Shown: piece after piece, positions 51,401 through 63,410 of the stretch | Position numbering within the stretch: position 1 is the stretch's first letter | Layout of the letters: each line of letters begins with the position of its first letter | Notes under the pieces: generated by a model | What the model was told of the DNA's origin: nothing | What the model saw: only the letters and a program-made list of their open reading frames with translations | Databases searched by the model: none | Position numbers and translations under genes: made by a program | DNA from: Phoronis australis | Taxonomy: Eukaryota; Animalia; Phoronida | NCBI GenBank assembly: GCA_002633005.1 | Contig: NMRA01000792.1 | Location: forward strand, 1 to 64,000 | Length of the DNA: 64,000 nucleotides | Direction: 5' to 3'

Positions 51401-51950
51401 CCTCGTTACCAAAAAGTAGGCCTACTCTGCATCATCCATGCACAGTTGTCAAAACGTTTCTGAACAAGAACCCCCTTAAAATCCTTTTGGAACAGCACTC
51501 GCTGTCCACTATGGAAAGCCCGATGAAAACATTAAACCATAAATGAGATGATTTTAAAATTTTTGGGGACCATGTAGCACTGTACTAAACACTGTCCCCG
51601 TTAAAAAGTAAATTTAAAAGTAAAAATAATATAATGACGATAACGAAAACGAGTAATAGTATATTAGTAATACAGTAATAGTAATAATAATAATAGTAGT
51701 AATATAATACTAATAAATATGATAATAAGAATAGCCACTGAGTGAAATTCCAATGTCGTGTCAAGCCCGGAGGGCAGCTATCACGTGAAACTGATGTAGG
51801 CCTATAACAACTTCTACGTAAAATGTACTGAACTTGTTACACTGTTAGAGATGCTTAACAACGTAAAATGTAACAATGACGTAAAATGTATCAACTGTTA
51901 CATATTACGAAATTGTTACATTTTACGGCGTATCGGTGCACCACGCATTG
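48466..51950. mobile_element. ~3.5-kb non-autonomous TIR element with repetitive sub-terminal arms
   Basis: The left end CAATGCTGGAGTGCACTGATAGGCCGTAAACTGTAATAATTTCGTAAAATGTAACA... matches the reverse complement of the right end ...TGTTACATATTACGAAATTGTTACATTTTACGGCGTATCGGTGCACCACGCATTG. Arms are built from CGTAAAATGTAAC motifs; no transposase ORF. Confidence 0.65.
49550..50641. mobile_element. Two copies of a ~550-bp MITE-like element, one inserted inverted inside the other
   Basis: A (~49550-49825) pairs with A' (~50080-50372) and B (~49826-50079) with B' (~50374-50641). A and B both begin CGGCGTTTTCCCGTT. Confidence 0.7.
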
Positions 51951-52119
51951 GCAGACAAAATCGATGCCAGTGTGTGACCGGCACTCTGAATCGCAAAGCT
52001 TGAGATCTAGAGACCATCACGTTGTATATCTTTGTAACTTATTCAGTATTTAAATTAATGGTTTTAGACAACACCCTCTTATTCATAGGCGTTTAATTAC
52101 CGTGAACGTCAGGCCTGTG

Positions 52120-52550
52120 ACCCAAGGGCCGGGCGCGGGCCGCCGTATAGCGGGTGTAGGCCTATAGGCCTACTAGCCTGCCGGCGGGCTCCCGGTCCGA
52201 GGTCAGCCAATCGAGGACTGCCGTGGTTATAAAATTCATAGACATCTTTAAATGATCTTAAAACACCTTGTTTCGACAAATAAGATAGTCGTCTTACGAA
52301 TAAGGTTTAACGTGAGTGAACCACGTTTCCCGACAGGGCTGATCTAGCCGCTTGGACGGCCTCATCAGCTGACTACAAGCGTAAATAGTAGTAAACAGAC
52401 CATACTGTAGTCGTTAGGCGAGGGAACTTTCCCACTGCGCATGCTCCAATAAACAAAAATTCCAATATGGACGTTTGTGGATGTTTTGAGGGTTGCTATT
52501 CGAGCGATGTTTTCCCTCTTATCTGATGATGTATTCGAGTTAAATTAAAG
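52120..52550 (+). promoter_or_regulatory. Putative promoter and non-coding first exon of the INPP5E-like gene
   Basis: GC/CpG-rich island, CCAAT (~52207), NRF1-like ACTGCGCATGCTC (~52434-52446) and donor AAG|GTACGC at 52550/52551. Confidence 0.45.
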
Positions 52551-53612
52551 GTACGCTTTCGTAAATGATTTCGTTATATTTTTGATATTTCGTTTAAAAC
52601 ATAACTGGATTAGTTGACTGAAACTCATTAAACTCCGTTCGACCACGGCGACTAGACAAAGTTCCAAACTACCCACCAGGCAATTGTTCCTGACTTGTTG
52701 TAAACAGTGACCACCGCCTCCAGCTGGTTCTGCTTTATTAAAATCTGTTCGACCACGGCGACAAGACGAAGTTCCAAGCTACCAATTGTGTCTTGACTTG
52801 CTAGTAGACAGTGACCACCGTCTCTAGCTATCTCGGAGTCAGTAGAGCTGAACCAGTAGAGACGGTGGTCACTGCAACATGCCACTGCCAGTAGACAGTA
52901 CACCGTCTTAAAGTGGTAGTAGTAGACACGGTGGTCATATCATAGGCCCTCTAGATACCTGCCTGAAGCTTTTCGACGAATTATGCTCTACACTGATTAA
53001 ACCATCAAAGTCGTCACAATTAAGTCTATCCTTGGCCTCATCTGACATCTGGCTAACAGCAAGCTTAATCTTCCTTCATGAAGTAACATAGATAGATAGT
53101 CGATCAAGGAGTGCCTCCATCTGGGGCACCCGCTTACCNNNNNNNNNNNNNNNNNNNNNNNNNNNNNNNNNNNNNNNNNNNNNNNNNNNNNNNNNNNNNN
53201 NNNNNNNNNNNNNNNNNNNNNNNNNNNNNNNNNNNNNNNNNNNNNNNNNNNNNNNNNNNNNNNNNNNNNNNNNNNNNNNNNNNNNNNNNNNNNNNNNNNN
53301 NNNNNNNNNNNNNNNNNNNNNNNNNNNNNNNNNNNNNNNNNNNNNNNNNNNNNNNNNNNNNNNNNNNNNNNNNNNNNNNNNNNNNNNNNNNNNNNNNNNN
53401 NNNNNNNNNNNNNNNNNNNNNNNNNNNNNNNNNNNNNNNNNNNNNNNNNNNNNNNNNNNNNNNNNNNNNNNNNNNNNNNNNNNNNNNNNNNNNNNNNNNN
53501 NNNNNNNNNNNNNNNNNNNNNNNNNNNNNNNNNNNNNNNNNNNNNNNNNNNNNNNNNNNNNNNNNNNNNNNNNNNNNNNNNNNNNNNNNNNNNNNNNNNN
53601 NNNNNNNNNNNN

Positions 53613-53951
53613 AATTTACAAAAGTGGCCGAAAGTGTTAGCAAATGAAACGCGTCAAAGATCGATTCTGCATATCCCATGTTCACGCGACTTGCTTACAA
53701 GTCATCGAGAGAGCTGTTCTCGGTTAGTGTTCTTTTGAACTTGTATTTGGCAACAACCAAATAACGGTCGGTTTAACAAGAGCTGCTTTGTATTTGCCAG
53801 GTATCTGATGAGAAGTGTAAAAACTCAGCTCGCATTCGTAGGAAATTCCAGGTCGCATTTTGCGACTTTATACGAGCTGACAAAAATCTCAGCTCGCATT
53901 TCCAAATTTCAGGTCGCAAATGCGACATGCAGCTCGTTATGTCGAGCCCTG
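53613..53951. mobile_element. Right end of a CAGGG-TIR (hAT-like) non-autonomous element; left end in the N-gap
   Basis: Ends GTTATGTCGAGCCCTG, with sub-terminal repeats CTCAGCTCGCATT and CAGGTCGCA. Confidence 0.45.
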
Positions 53952-54565
53952 TTAAGGGATCTATGAACTGACGTCCATTATGTATATATTATTAAACTTG
54001 TTGTAGTTGTTTTCATCTTAGTTGATCTTCATTGTTATACAGTGACATAATACTCTGGAGAGAGTGTGGTCACTTGAACCAAGCAGCATGATAATCTAAG
54101 TTTTGTGGAGAAAAGATCATGAATAGAGTTGTGGAAAACTGGTAACTCAAGGTATTTGCTTTAATTGCAAACTTTTTACTCATTTCCTGTGTGGTGGCGC
54201 TTCAGTCCGTACAGCTAGTTGCTTGCCTAGCTGTATATTTGAAGCTTCACTCTAGACTGGATATAAACCATCAAAGTTGTGCGGTTGTAATTGGGAAGTA
54301 ATGTTCGGCTGTTGATGAATATTTGAATGAGATGTATAGTGAATATTTAAACTGTGACGAAGTTGAACTAACATGTAGTTCTAGAAAAAATTTACTTATT
54401 TGGGCCTACTTGTTTTCTATGGTTTAGCTAAGAAATTGTGGTTCCCATTGAGAAACGTGCTTCCTCAAGTAATGTTAGATAATTGCAAGATTTCCTGCAC
54501 GTTGTGAACTTATGCCTCCGGTGTTAAATGCTAGTGATTTGTGTATGATTGACAGTCATTCCAAG

Positions 54566-54637
54566 ATGGAAGTTGAAGAGGATTCCAGGCCACGCCCAGC
54601 ACCAAGGAGACTAGCCGGTGTGACGAAACCAACTCAG
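54566..54637 (+). CDS. INPP5E-like coding exon 1
   Basis: aagATGG context; [24 protein letters not shown]; CAG|GTAAGA donor; acceptor gacag at 54555. Confidence 0.65.
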
Positions 54638-57600
54638 GTAAGAACAATTAGGACAGTGTAAATTATCACTTTGTGTGTAAGATCTTGTCAACACTTTAAC
54701 GGAGGTGCCGACGTAAGTGAGTAAACGCAAAAGATACAAGTTGAAAAGGTGGAATACAAGTGCAAAAGGCTTACTTGTACAGAACATCTGGGTTTTTTCG
54801 TCACATTTTACGAGAACAAATCCAAAAATACAAGACAGTCACTTGACTGTATTTTTTCGAGCAGAGATTTTTGGCTCTGTCGAGTTCTGCAAAACGTTTG
54901 TTTGTGTAGCCAGTTATTAACGCCTTGATTTTTACTCGTCAATAAAAGTGTTTTCTGAAAGTAGAAAGCCTGTAAAACTGATTTTTGACTTTTACCAATC
55001 TGGGTTTAATTGAACGTGACCATGTCCTTGTGTGTAAAATGTAAGAAAATTTACTGGTACATTGGGTGTAATAACATGGTTGAATTTCATTTGTTATAGT
55101 TGGTCAGGATGAAAAAAACAAAGGCGCTGTTTTCATAATTATCGTGTTTTGTAACTTTTCCATTTTTATGTAATTTTTTTATTTTGAAGTGTTAGTTTTG
55201 ATTTCTCCTCCAGCAAAATTGAGACATTTTGAAAGCAATTCATAGCAGCATTTTGCAGAATAGCCCTTACAACACAGTATCTGAAGGTCCCATATGAATT
55301 CCATCAGCCATTTACGAGTTAGGTTTAATGCGAACTTAACATTTTCCTATTCTCTCAAATAACCTTATGAATATTAATTAGCTTTCATTAGGTAAAACGG
55401 GACATTGTAGAAGTCTTTTTAGTAGTTGTCCACAAAGACTTGGATCTTTGAATCATTGAAACTGAGGGTAAAATGAAAACAAAAAAATCCGGCAATTATT
55501 TTTGTCAGAAATTTGTGAGATTTTAGTGTTGAGACGTAATGATCTGCTCTTGCAAGTGTTGAACAACTTGCTTGCATTCTTTGAAATCTTGTCTTGAATT
55601 TTTCATGACTGTTTTTACTGTATACTAAACCATTAAGAAGATCCATCTTTATCTTCAGGAACCTCCCATGGAAGATAGTTTAGAAGATCTGACACCAAGG
55701 TTTCGTAAGAGGAAAAAGTCGGCGCTCTCGCGACTTACACAACATATGAAAGATGCTGACCCCAGTAAGGAAGATGACTCTAGCTCGCTGAAAGAGAGCG
55801 CTAGCAAACTAGGATCGAGTGCTCTTCGCGATAGCAACATATTCGATATTGATGATCTCCTACCCGATGGAAATGTCGGGGAACAGAAACCAATTAAAAC
55901 GGATAGGACTAGTGTCGTCAAATCAGTGATTAGTGAAGGATTGGAAGACATTACGGGTGGTAGTGAGGAAGTGTCGGAGAGGACATTGGACACGCCTCCT
56001 GTTGTCTTGTCTGACGCTGAGTCAGATGCTGACACACCAAGGACGAGGAAAAAGAAATCAAGTTTGTCGAAGCTTTTGGCTAAAAAGAAAGTGGGTTCTC
56101 AGGAGTCTATTAAAGACATCATGGAAGTTGAGAGGTCAAGTCTGAGCACTGAGACTCCCATTCCTGAAGTGGATGAGGTAGTCAATTATAAAAATGTGAA
56201 AGGTATGTTTTGTATGTTTGCCTACGTGTTCCAGCTTCCGTATCTGCCAAAATATTTGCGCTGCCGAGAATAAGCCAACCCCTATTTTGGAGCTCTCAAT
56301 TACTAGCCCACAGGCTTATACTTGATCATAAACTGAACATTTTGTATCGAGCAGCAACAATCTGTCAGGCGTTTCCAACTCCAAATATCACTTTTCGTCT
56401 GAGATGGAACTTCTCGACACCAGTTACGAATAGGTCTCGACATGTTCCTTACTCAGCTTTGGCTGATTTCTGGGCTTGAGAAGAACTAGCTTCTAGTTTA
56501 TTAAATCAGTTTTTGGCCACAGTAATTGTTGTAAATATGATCCTGATGATGTCTAAAGGAAAAGACGAAATTTTGAATTGAACATGAACTTTTGTATTTG
56601 TGCGGCTATCGTCCGGTTTTTAGACTTCTCGTTTGTCATTGCTCAATACCATGCTCAGCACCTAGGCTGACTTGCCACATATTGTTGTAAATGGTCCGGA
56701 GCAGTAACGCAGGATAAGTTCTTCTAAAATTTAGAATTCACTTCTCATTTGATTTGAAGAACAAGTCATTGTAAGTGGTCTAAGATTGCGATTATTTTTG
56801 ACGAAGGCTGGGTTTAATGCACCTTTAAATGTTCATTCTGATTACAGTGGAGCCCAGTTAGTGTCCTGTCATATAATAGAATGTCCTTGTTATTGTCGTG
56901 AAATGTCAAATAGGGAACCATTTTCCTGTAATGTCATGTAGAATAACCGGCGTAATATCATGATGTGCTGTCATTTTTTCGTATATTATTAAAAACCAGA
57001 ATAATTGATTCTCACATGATTATAAGCATGCATAGCTATTTTTCCATCGAACAAAATTAATTCAATATGCCTGATCCGAACTTGGCAGCTGGGGTAAATG
57101 TCAGTCGTTTCCTTTTTAACGGTCATACTCTCAGACTCTCCACGTAGCATGACGAGCTTGTAAGAGTGGTTACGATCGTCACCATGTCAGAACCTGCTTA
57201 TCTCATTATGATTCACGGCAAAACCAAGGGTTTCACATGAAGAGGGCGCCACTGTTGCCTTTCCTTTTCTGAGTTAGTATTGCACTTGTTCTCTAGTAAT
57301 AGAAGCTAATTACTGCTTCGCCATAATTTCAGAACCAGTATTGAGGTCGACTCCAGCTCGGAACAAGGTGTTTCCAATTGGCGAGCCATTGAAACCTGAC
57401 ACGGACATTTCATTGTTCAATCGTCATAATCCCGGCAATAAGCTGTCTAAGGGTATTGACAATCAGCTGCTGGATGTTACTACGGGCGTCTCAAAAACGG
57501 TGACTGACAATAAGCCATCATACAATGAGGCTCGCAATATAGTAAACGACCTAACGGACGATGAAAACGTGTCACAGTTGGATCACAAGGTTAAAACGTT

Positions 57601-60600
57601 GACTACAGATGTCACCCCATCAGTTGCTGCTACGACTGTTCCCAAAGAAAAACTGCCGTTGAGCTTTTCCACGCCCCACCCTCCGTCCATGTCCAAGATG
57701 GAAAAGCAGGTATCTTCTTTCCGTCACAAGTATAAGGAGCCAGTGTCCGATTACGAATCGGGATCCAATGAGGGCAGTAGGGCTAGCCTAGTTGGGGAAA
57801 AGCTAACCACCATCAACACAAACAATTCTGGGAATGGGAACAAGTGCGCTTCAAAGCAGCCTAATGATGATGAGGGAAGTGATGAGGACAGCCAGTCTAG
57901 TTTAAATAACACTCAGATGGAACTGACAAAAAACTATAAGAATATTCTAAGGTCAAGCGAACACTCACCTGGGCAGAGTGACGTTGAAAGCGACAGTGTA
58001 TTGAGCAGTAAGGTGCGGTTGACTCCTGTGAAGCCATCGGGGGCTCTACCAACCATGGACAAGAACATCATGTCCGAGTCGCTCAAGACATCCTACAAAC
58101 AGGACTGGGCTCGCGTGTACAATGCTCTGAAGGGTACGACACCATCACCACCAACACTGACACGGTCTGATGGTGGGGCTAGTGAACTGTTTTCCCCCGA
58201 GCCTAATACATCACTGTTACGATCAATCAGAACATCGCAAGCCAGGAAAAGGTAGGCTGTAAACTGAGCAGTATTAGTGTTGGTAGCATCGCAATCAGTG
58301 AGTATTGGACTGGTACATGTATGCATTGTAAATGAGAAAAGTTAGTTTATCAGTTGTGGGCTCTATAAACTCCCTGAGGTGTTTCACTACATAGCCATTG
58401 TGGGGAATTTGCTGCTGAAGCGTGACTGGTTGACATTAAGCAGTTGTGTTTGTGACTTATAAATGAGATACTAAAATAATCGTGGCATTTGGTCACTCTG
58501 TACCCACAAATGACTCAAAACCCAGTCAACGTGTGTGCAAATACTGTACTACTGTGGAACGTCCAACTGCAAACCGCATTTAAAGTTTGGCAAAGAGACC
58601 ACCAATTGTTGCCTTCGGAGGGATAGTTCTAAAATCCAACTTGCTTTGCTAAAAGTTATGGCGAGAAACTCAGAATTGTACTAGATGAATGTTACTCACC
58701 GGCATAAGAAGATAGAGACATACGGTCTCCAACCGTCTGCTTCACCAATGGTGAGTGGTTGGTGATGGCTGGGTTGAAAGTGATTGATGACGGAGAGCCA
58801 AGGGCAAAAGTGGTGCACTAGGGATGTTCTCTTACGTTGAAACGGGACGTTTTTTGTCTTAAAAACTGGGAAATCTTAGCTTGTGTTTGGAGTTCATTCC
58901 CAGATTGTTTCTTCTTCAAGTTCCTATAGCCAACTTTTCCAGGAGCCAAACATTAGCAAATCCATTTCGTCCTTGAACAAGTCTGTGCTGTTCATTCTTA
59001 TCTCTCCATTATCTTGTTGCTTGGCAACATACTGACATGTCCCAAACTATAGAGCTAATTAATTGGGTGACTTATCTTAAGCAGCCCATACATTTCAAAC
59101 TTATTCATCAATTATATTATTAGCATCAAATTATTTCCTGTTTTTGATCATGTGTGGTTGAACATGATGACTTGAAACTATTGATGTCAAGATATTGACA
59201 TAATAAGTGCTTTTTGAGCTTACCATCAGAGCATTGCTACGCGTGTGGCACATCGTAAACGTGTTGCGCAAACTTCTCTCGCATTTGATTTGATTTTGCC
59301 ATGACACCAATTAAGGAGGAGACACATTTTCTTCTAGAGCTGATAGACTTTTAACGTAAACTTACATCACACCTGTAACGGTGATCGAAATAAAAAAATC
59401 AGATTTATGCACTGTTCACTCGGACGCTTTTGTGTGTCTCCTTTTCTGCGCTGTTATTTAATCCGCATAATATTAAAAATTAGCTTTTCAATTGAACCAT
59501 GGCTTCCTTTCAACATTTTGTACAGCGATTGTCGGTTTTGTGAAAGTAGGAAGCTTGCAGTTTATGATTTTTGACTCAGTACCAATTTGCCATTGATTGT
59601 GTCACTTGACTTTATCTTTTTAGTAAACTAGCAAAATGGTTTTAATTAGTACTTTTGTAGCAAAACAATGGTAGCAGTAACATGACAAGCTGAAATCTCA
59701 AAAACGTTGTTACAGTTTTCTAAATCATCATGACAATAGTCCTATTTTTATGACGTTTCCTATAGACACGAATCATTTCAAAAACAATAACAACATTTTG
59801 GAAAGCAATGCGCGAAGTTTCATGTGAATCTTCCATTTTCGAGATATGAACGACATTTTTCCTGGCTCCTATGTAACCTTAAAAAGTCATGAGCTTATTG
59901 TAGTCATAACCATTGTTATTCAACTAACACATTTCTGTACTTTGACTGACTGTGGCCCTAACTTGCAGTGTACTTTGACTGACTGTGGCCCTAACTTGCA
60001 GTGTACTTTGATTGACTGTGGCCGTAACTTGCAGGAACTTCCTCGTGGGTAGCACTGGCTCCAAAACGTCTCTAATGGGCTCGGATGAGCTAAACAAGTA
60101 TTTCCCCGACAGGATACTACGACTAATGGTCGGAACCTTCAATCTTGCCGAACAAAAGGTCAGTCTTTGTTCACCTTTTTCCCATGATTTAAAAAAAAAA
60201 TGATTCAAGGCAGCTGGACAGTTGCTATGGTTCAGTCCGACAAAATTTTCAAGGCCATGCTATGACAATAGCGTTAATGCTACACCCAGACTAGCCTCAG
60301 CAAGGTGTTTTGCCCCAGCCAAGTAGCAAGCCAAGCTTATTCATAAGATGTGTAGGAGTTCATTGAGCTTGTAAATCTTTCTTAGAAAGTACTTAGCCTG
60401 TAATTGTTCCCAATAGATTAGAATCGTTGCAATGGAAACACATTAAGGGTGTAGTACTGCACAGTCTGCAGGTGGTTAGGTTGAGTGGTGTGTAATTTGT
60501 AGAGGCAGATTCTAAGAGGTGCAGTGGCTCTTGTAAGCCATGTCTCTTGAGCTCTTACAATCATGGCAAATGTTTTCACATGTTGCATTTTAGAATCTGC

Positions 60601-63410
60601 ATCGTTTAGGAGCCTGAATTCTAAACAGTGCAGCCTGTTATGAATTAGCTTCTTGTTCCTCTAGGGGTGTTACTACTCTGAGATTTCTGTGGTAGTGGTT
60701 CCACTTGCCTTGAAATTTTGCATTCAGCTTTAAATTGTTTTACAATATGTGTGTGTGTGACGTATGCATTGTTTTTTTAGCTGTTTGCCCTTTTTTGCAG
60801 GATATACCCCAGAACCTGGAGGACTTTTTACTGCCTGAATCCATGGAGTTCCTACCAGACATGTATGTTATTGGAGTTCAAGAGATGCTGGTTGTCAGGT
60901 GAGAAATATTTACTAATGGTAAATATGTAGTCCACCTTCAACGGAAATCTATGAGCTTCACATTTCAGTTGGATATTTGCTACTATTGAGGCGCAAGTTA
61001 TTGTATTTGAAGAATTGAGCTTGCTGTCCTCTTTCAAATTCATTCTTAGAAATAAAATTCATATCTGATATTAAATTTCTCTTTAATTTGGGTGGCTGTC
61101 TTCATTTTGTTTGATACAAATTATTTGTTTATCTTGCAATTATGAGTACATGTTTTGAGACGGCTGAGCTGAAATGAAGTTTTGGCTAATTACATTTTTT
61201 TGATGTCAAACGCAAAAATTGTGTTCATGCTGTATTGTGAAAATGGTTTTCTTATAGAATTGTCACCTTATTTTAATTATGAAATAAGACAAATTATATT
61301 TTCCTAATTTCAACTTTGCTCTTTGTAGACATCAGTGGGAGGTGACCTTACAGGAGACACTGGGTTTGTCACATGTACTCTTTCACTCCGCCATTCATGG
61401 TTCGCTGCATATAGCCGTGTTTCTCAAGAGAGACCTCATCTGGTTCTGTTCAGGTTTGGTAGCTTTCAGTCCTTTGAATTGTATCTTTCTTCGATTCAAA
61501 AGGCCCTTATGCCTTCAATGTCACCTCACTTTGCTCGTAAGATTTCTCTCAAGATAAATCACCATACTTGCTGACTGACCGACCGTAAGACTTGTGATAA
61601 GCTTAAGTCAGTATTAGAGTATAGACAGAGCAGGGAGTCCCTGTTGTTCTCATTCAGTGGCCAGTTGCATCATGCCATTCATATTATTAGTTTCGTTTTT
61701 TCAGTGCCCGAGGTCTGTACTGTGACCACGCGGGTCTTCAAGATGATCAAAACCAAGGGTGCTGTGGGAATCTGCTTCACGTTGTTTGGAACCTCTTTCC
61801 TGTTTCTCGGATCTCATTTCCGCCACGGTGGTGAGTTTAGTAATTTAAAGTCGACTTCTCCGCAAAATCAGTCTCGTAATATTCCTTGCCGCGATAGGAT
61901 TCCCTTTCCGTTATCAACAAGAACATCAAAACTAGCGCCGACTCAAAGAAAACATGTGACTTCAAAGTCTACTTGCGTAGGCCAAACTTAACATCATTGT
62001 GGATTGGAAAATGGCACATCTGAGTTGTTGGCTTAATTAGCAACAGTTGGGATCAGATGGACATTGTATTGTTTTTAAACCTCATAGCGATTCGGTTAAG
62101 AATTCAACAATCATGTGACAGCTGAACAGTGGCGTAATACCCGTTTAACATAGTTAGTAACAAACGACTGTAAACTTGTGGATTGGCGAATGTGTGGTGA
62201 TATTGACCGATTTAACATTTCAATTCTCTTCCAGCCTCTGCTGCCCAGTCTAATGACCGTGTGGAGGACTATAAACAGACCATTCAGTCTATCAACCTTC
62301 CCAAACAGGTCGTTCAGAACCCGCATGAAGCAGTTAAAGGTACGCATGATCATTTCAGATCTACAGTATTGTGTTAGTAATAGATTGAAATATTTTGTGT
62401 TTTCTTAAGTTTAGCGATTGCCATAATCAAGGTTACTAAATACGCTTTGTTTTAGTTCTGTTGTTCACCTGTTTAATGTCAAGATGTGACTCGCAAACCC
62501 ACCATGAAATATCCATTTCTTTTGGACTAAAACCTGTCTCGGTTCTGGCTAAATCTCGTCTGGTGTTGCTTCACACGCTGTCAAGATCACAGCATGCACA
62601 TTCTCAAGTAAGCAGCTAGGCCCATTAACATCACATAAAATTTTTGACAAAAGTTTTACAAATTGTTTTTTTATTGCAAAAATGTTTGACTTAACTGCCA
62701 AGTATGGTGTCTTTATGAGCACCAGGTGACGCCACTGTTTGAGTTAAACGATCTTATGCTAACCTTCAACTTGGTTTTAACCACTGTGTGGCGCCACTGG
62801 CCTTTTTGGATGTCATGGTAACTTCTCTTACGGCCACCAGATGGAGACACTGCTCATAAACTAGATCGTGTTTTGATCAGATTGTTTCATGAAAAGGACT
62901 TAAGACTCAAGTCAGGAATTTGATCTTAATATGTTCCTCACAAATATTTCTGAAAAATTATTAAATCTCACTTGAGCAAAAGCGCAGTCTTTGAAAGCGC
63001 ACTCATTACTGCTAGTCACTGACAGAGATAATGTCGATCTGTAAATTATTTCTGGAGTGTGATGCACTCATAATTACTTGGTTAAATCTATTTTCAACTA
63101 TTCTGAAGTGGGAGGCGCAAGACCAAATTTCTGTCACAAGTCATATATCGCTTTCGTGGCAACACACACTGGTTGACCTCTTTAGTACCACCGTCAAAGT
63201 CATGCTGTTGCCTGTATCGTTTTCTGTTCTAACCTCCAGATGACGCCACCGATAGGTTCGACTGTGTCTTCTGGTGCGGTGACTTCAACTTCCGTATCCA
63301 GCGGGACAGGGAACAGGTATTGCGCGTGATTAAAGAAGAGGGACAGAAGGAGCACCCGCACTTTGAGGATCTGGTCAGGAGCGATGAACTGCTGCAATTT
63401 AAAGACGAGG
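54566..63410 (+). CDS. INPP5E: Inositol polyphosphate 5-phosphatase E-like, 3'-partial: nine coding exons seen, gene continues past the window
   Basis: The spliced protein has INPP5E-type segments [75 protein letters not shown] and the 5-phosphatase motif [10 protein letters not shown]. Confidence 0.93.
55659..56202 (+). CDS. INPP5E-like coding exon 2 (low-complexity N-terminus)
   Basis: cttcag acceptor; contains ORF 55668; S/D/E/K-rich with basic clusters RFRKRKK and RTRKKK; G|GTATGT donor. Confidence 0.8.
57333..58251 (+). CDS. INPP5E-like coding exon 3 (low-complexity N-terminus)
   Basis: 919-nt open exon (ORF 57341..58255); phase 1-2 links in frame to the catalytic exons. Confidence 0.85.
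59936..60034 (+). repeat. 33-bp tandem triplication that includes the splice acceptor of INPP5E coding exon 4
   Basis: TGTACTTTGACTGACTGTGGCCCTAACTTGCAG three times (59936, 59969, 60002); the last AG is the exon acceptor. Confidence 0.9.
60035..60158 (+). CDS. INPP5E-like coding exon 4
   Basis: (R)[41 protein letters not shown]. Confidence 0.9.
60801..60898 (+). CDS. INPP5E-like coding exon 5
   Basis: [32 protein letters not shown]. Confidence 0.92.
61329..61453 (+). CDS. INPP5E-like coding exon 6
   Basis: [41 protein letters not shown]. Confidence 0.92.
61705..61830 (+). CDS. INPP5E-like coding exon 7
   Basis: [42 protein letters not shown]; G|GTGAGT donor. Confidence 0.92.
62235..62339 (+). 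CDS. INPP5E-like coding exon 8
   Basis: [35 protein letters not shown] has the R..DY motif; phase 1-1. Confidence 0.85.
63240..63410 (+). CDS. INPP5E-like coding exon 9
   Basis: [23 protein letters not shown]...[13 protein letters not shown]. Confidence 0.93.

Noticed and set aside
55655-56035. 126-aa minus-strand ORF (also 58093..58326 and 59924..60208)
   Set aside because: They are antisense shadows of INPP5E coding exons.
58685-58750. Possible extra INPP5E exon (MNVTHRHKK...SPM, GTGAGT donor)
   Set aside because: Its open frame ends in phase 0 while the flanking exons need phase 2, and the phase-2 reading has stops.
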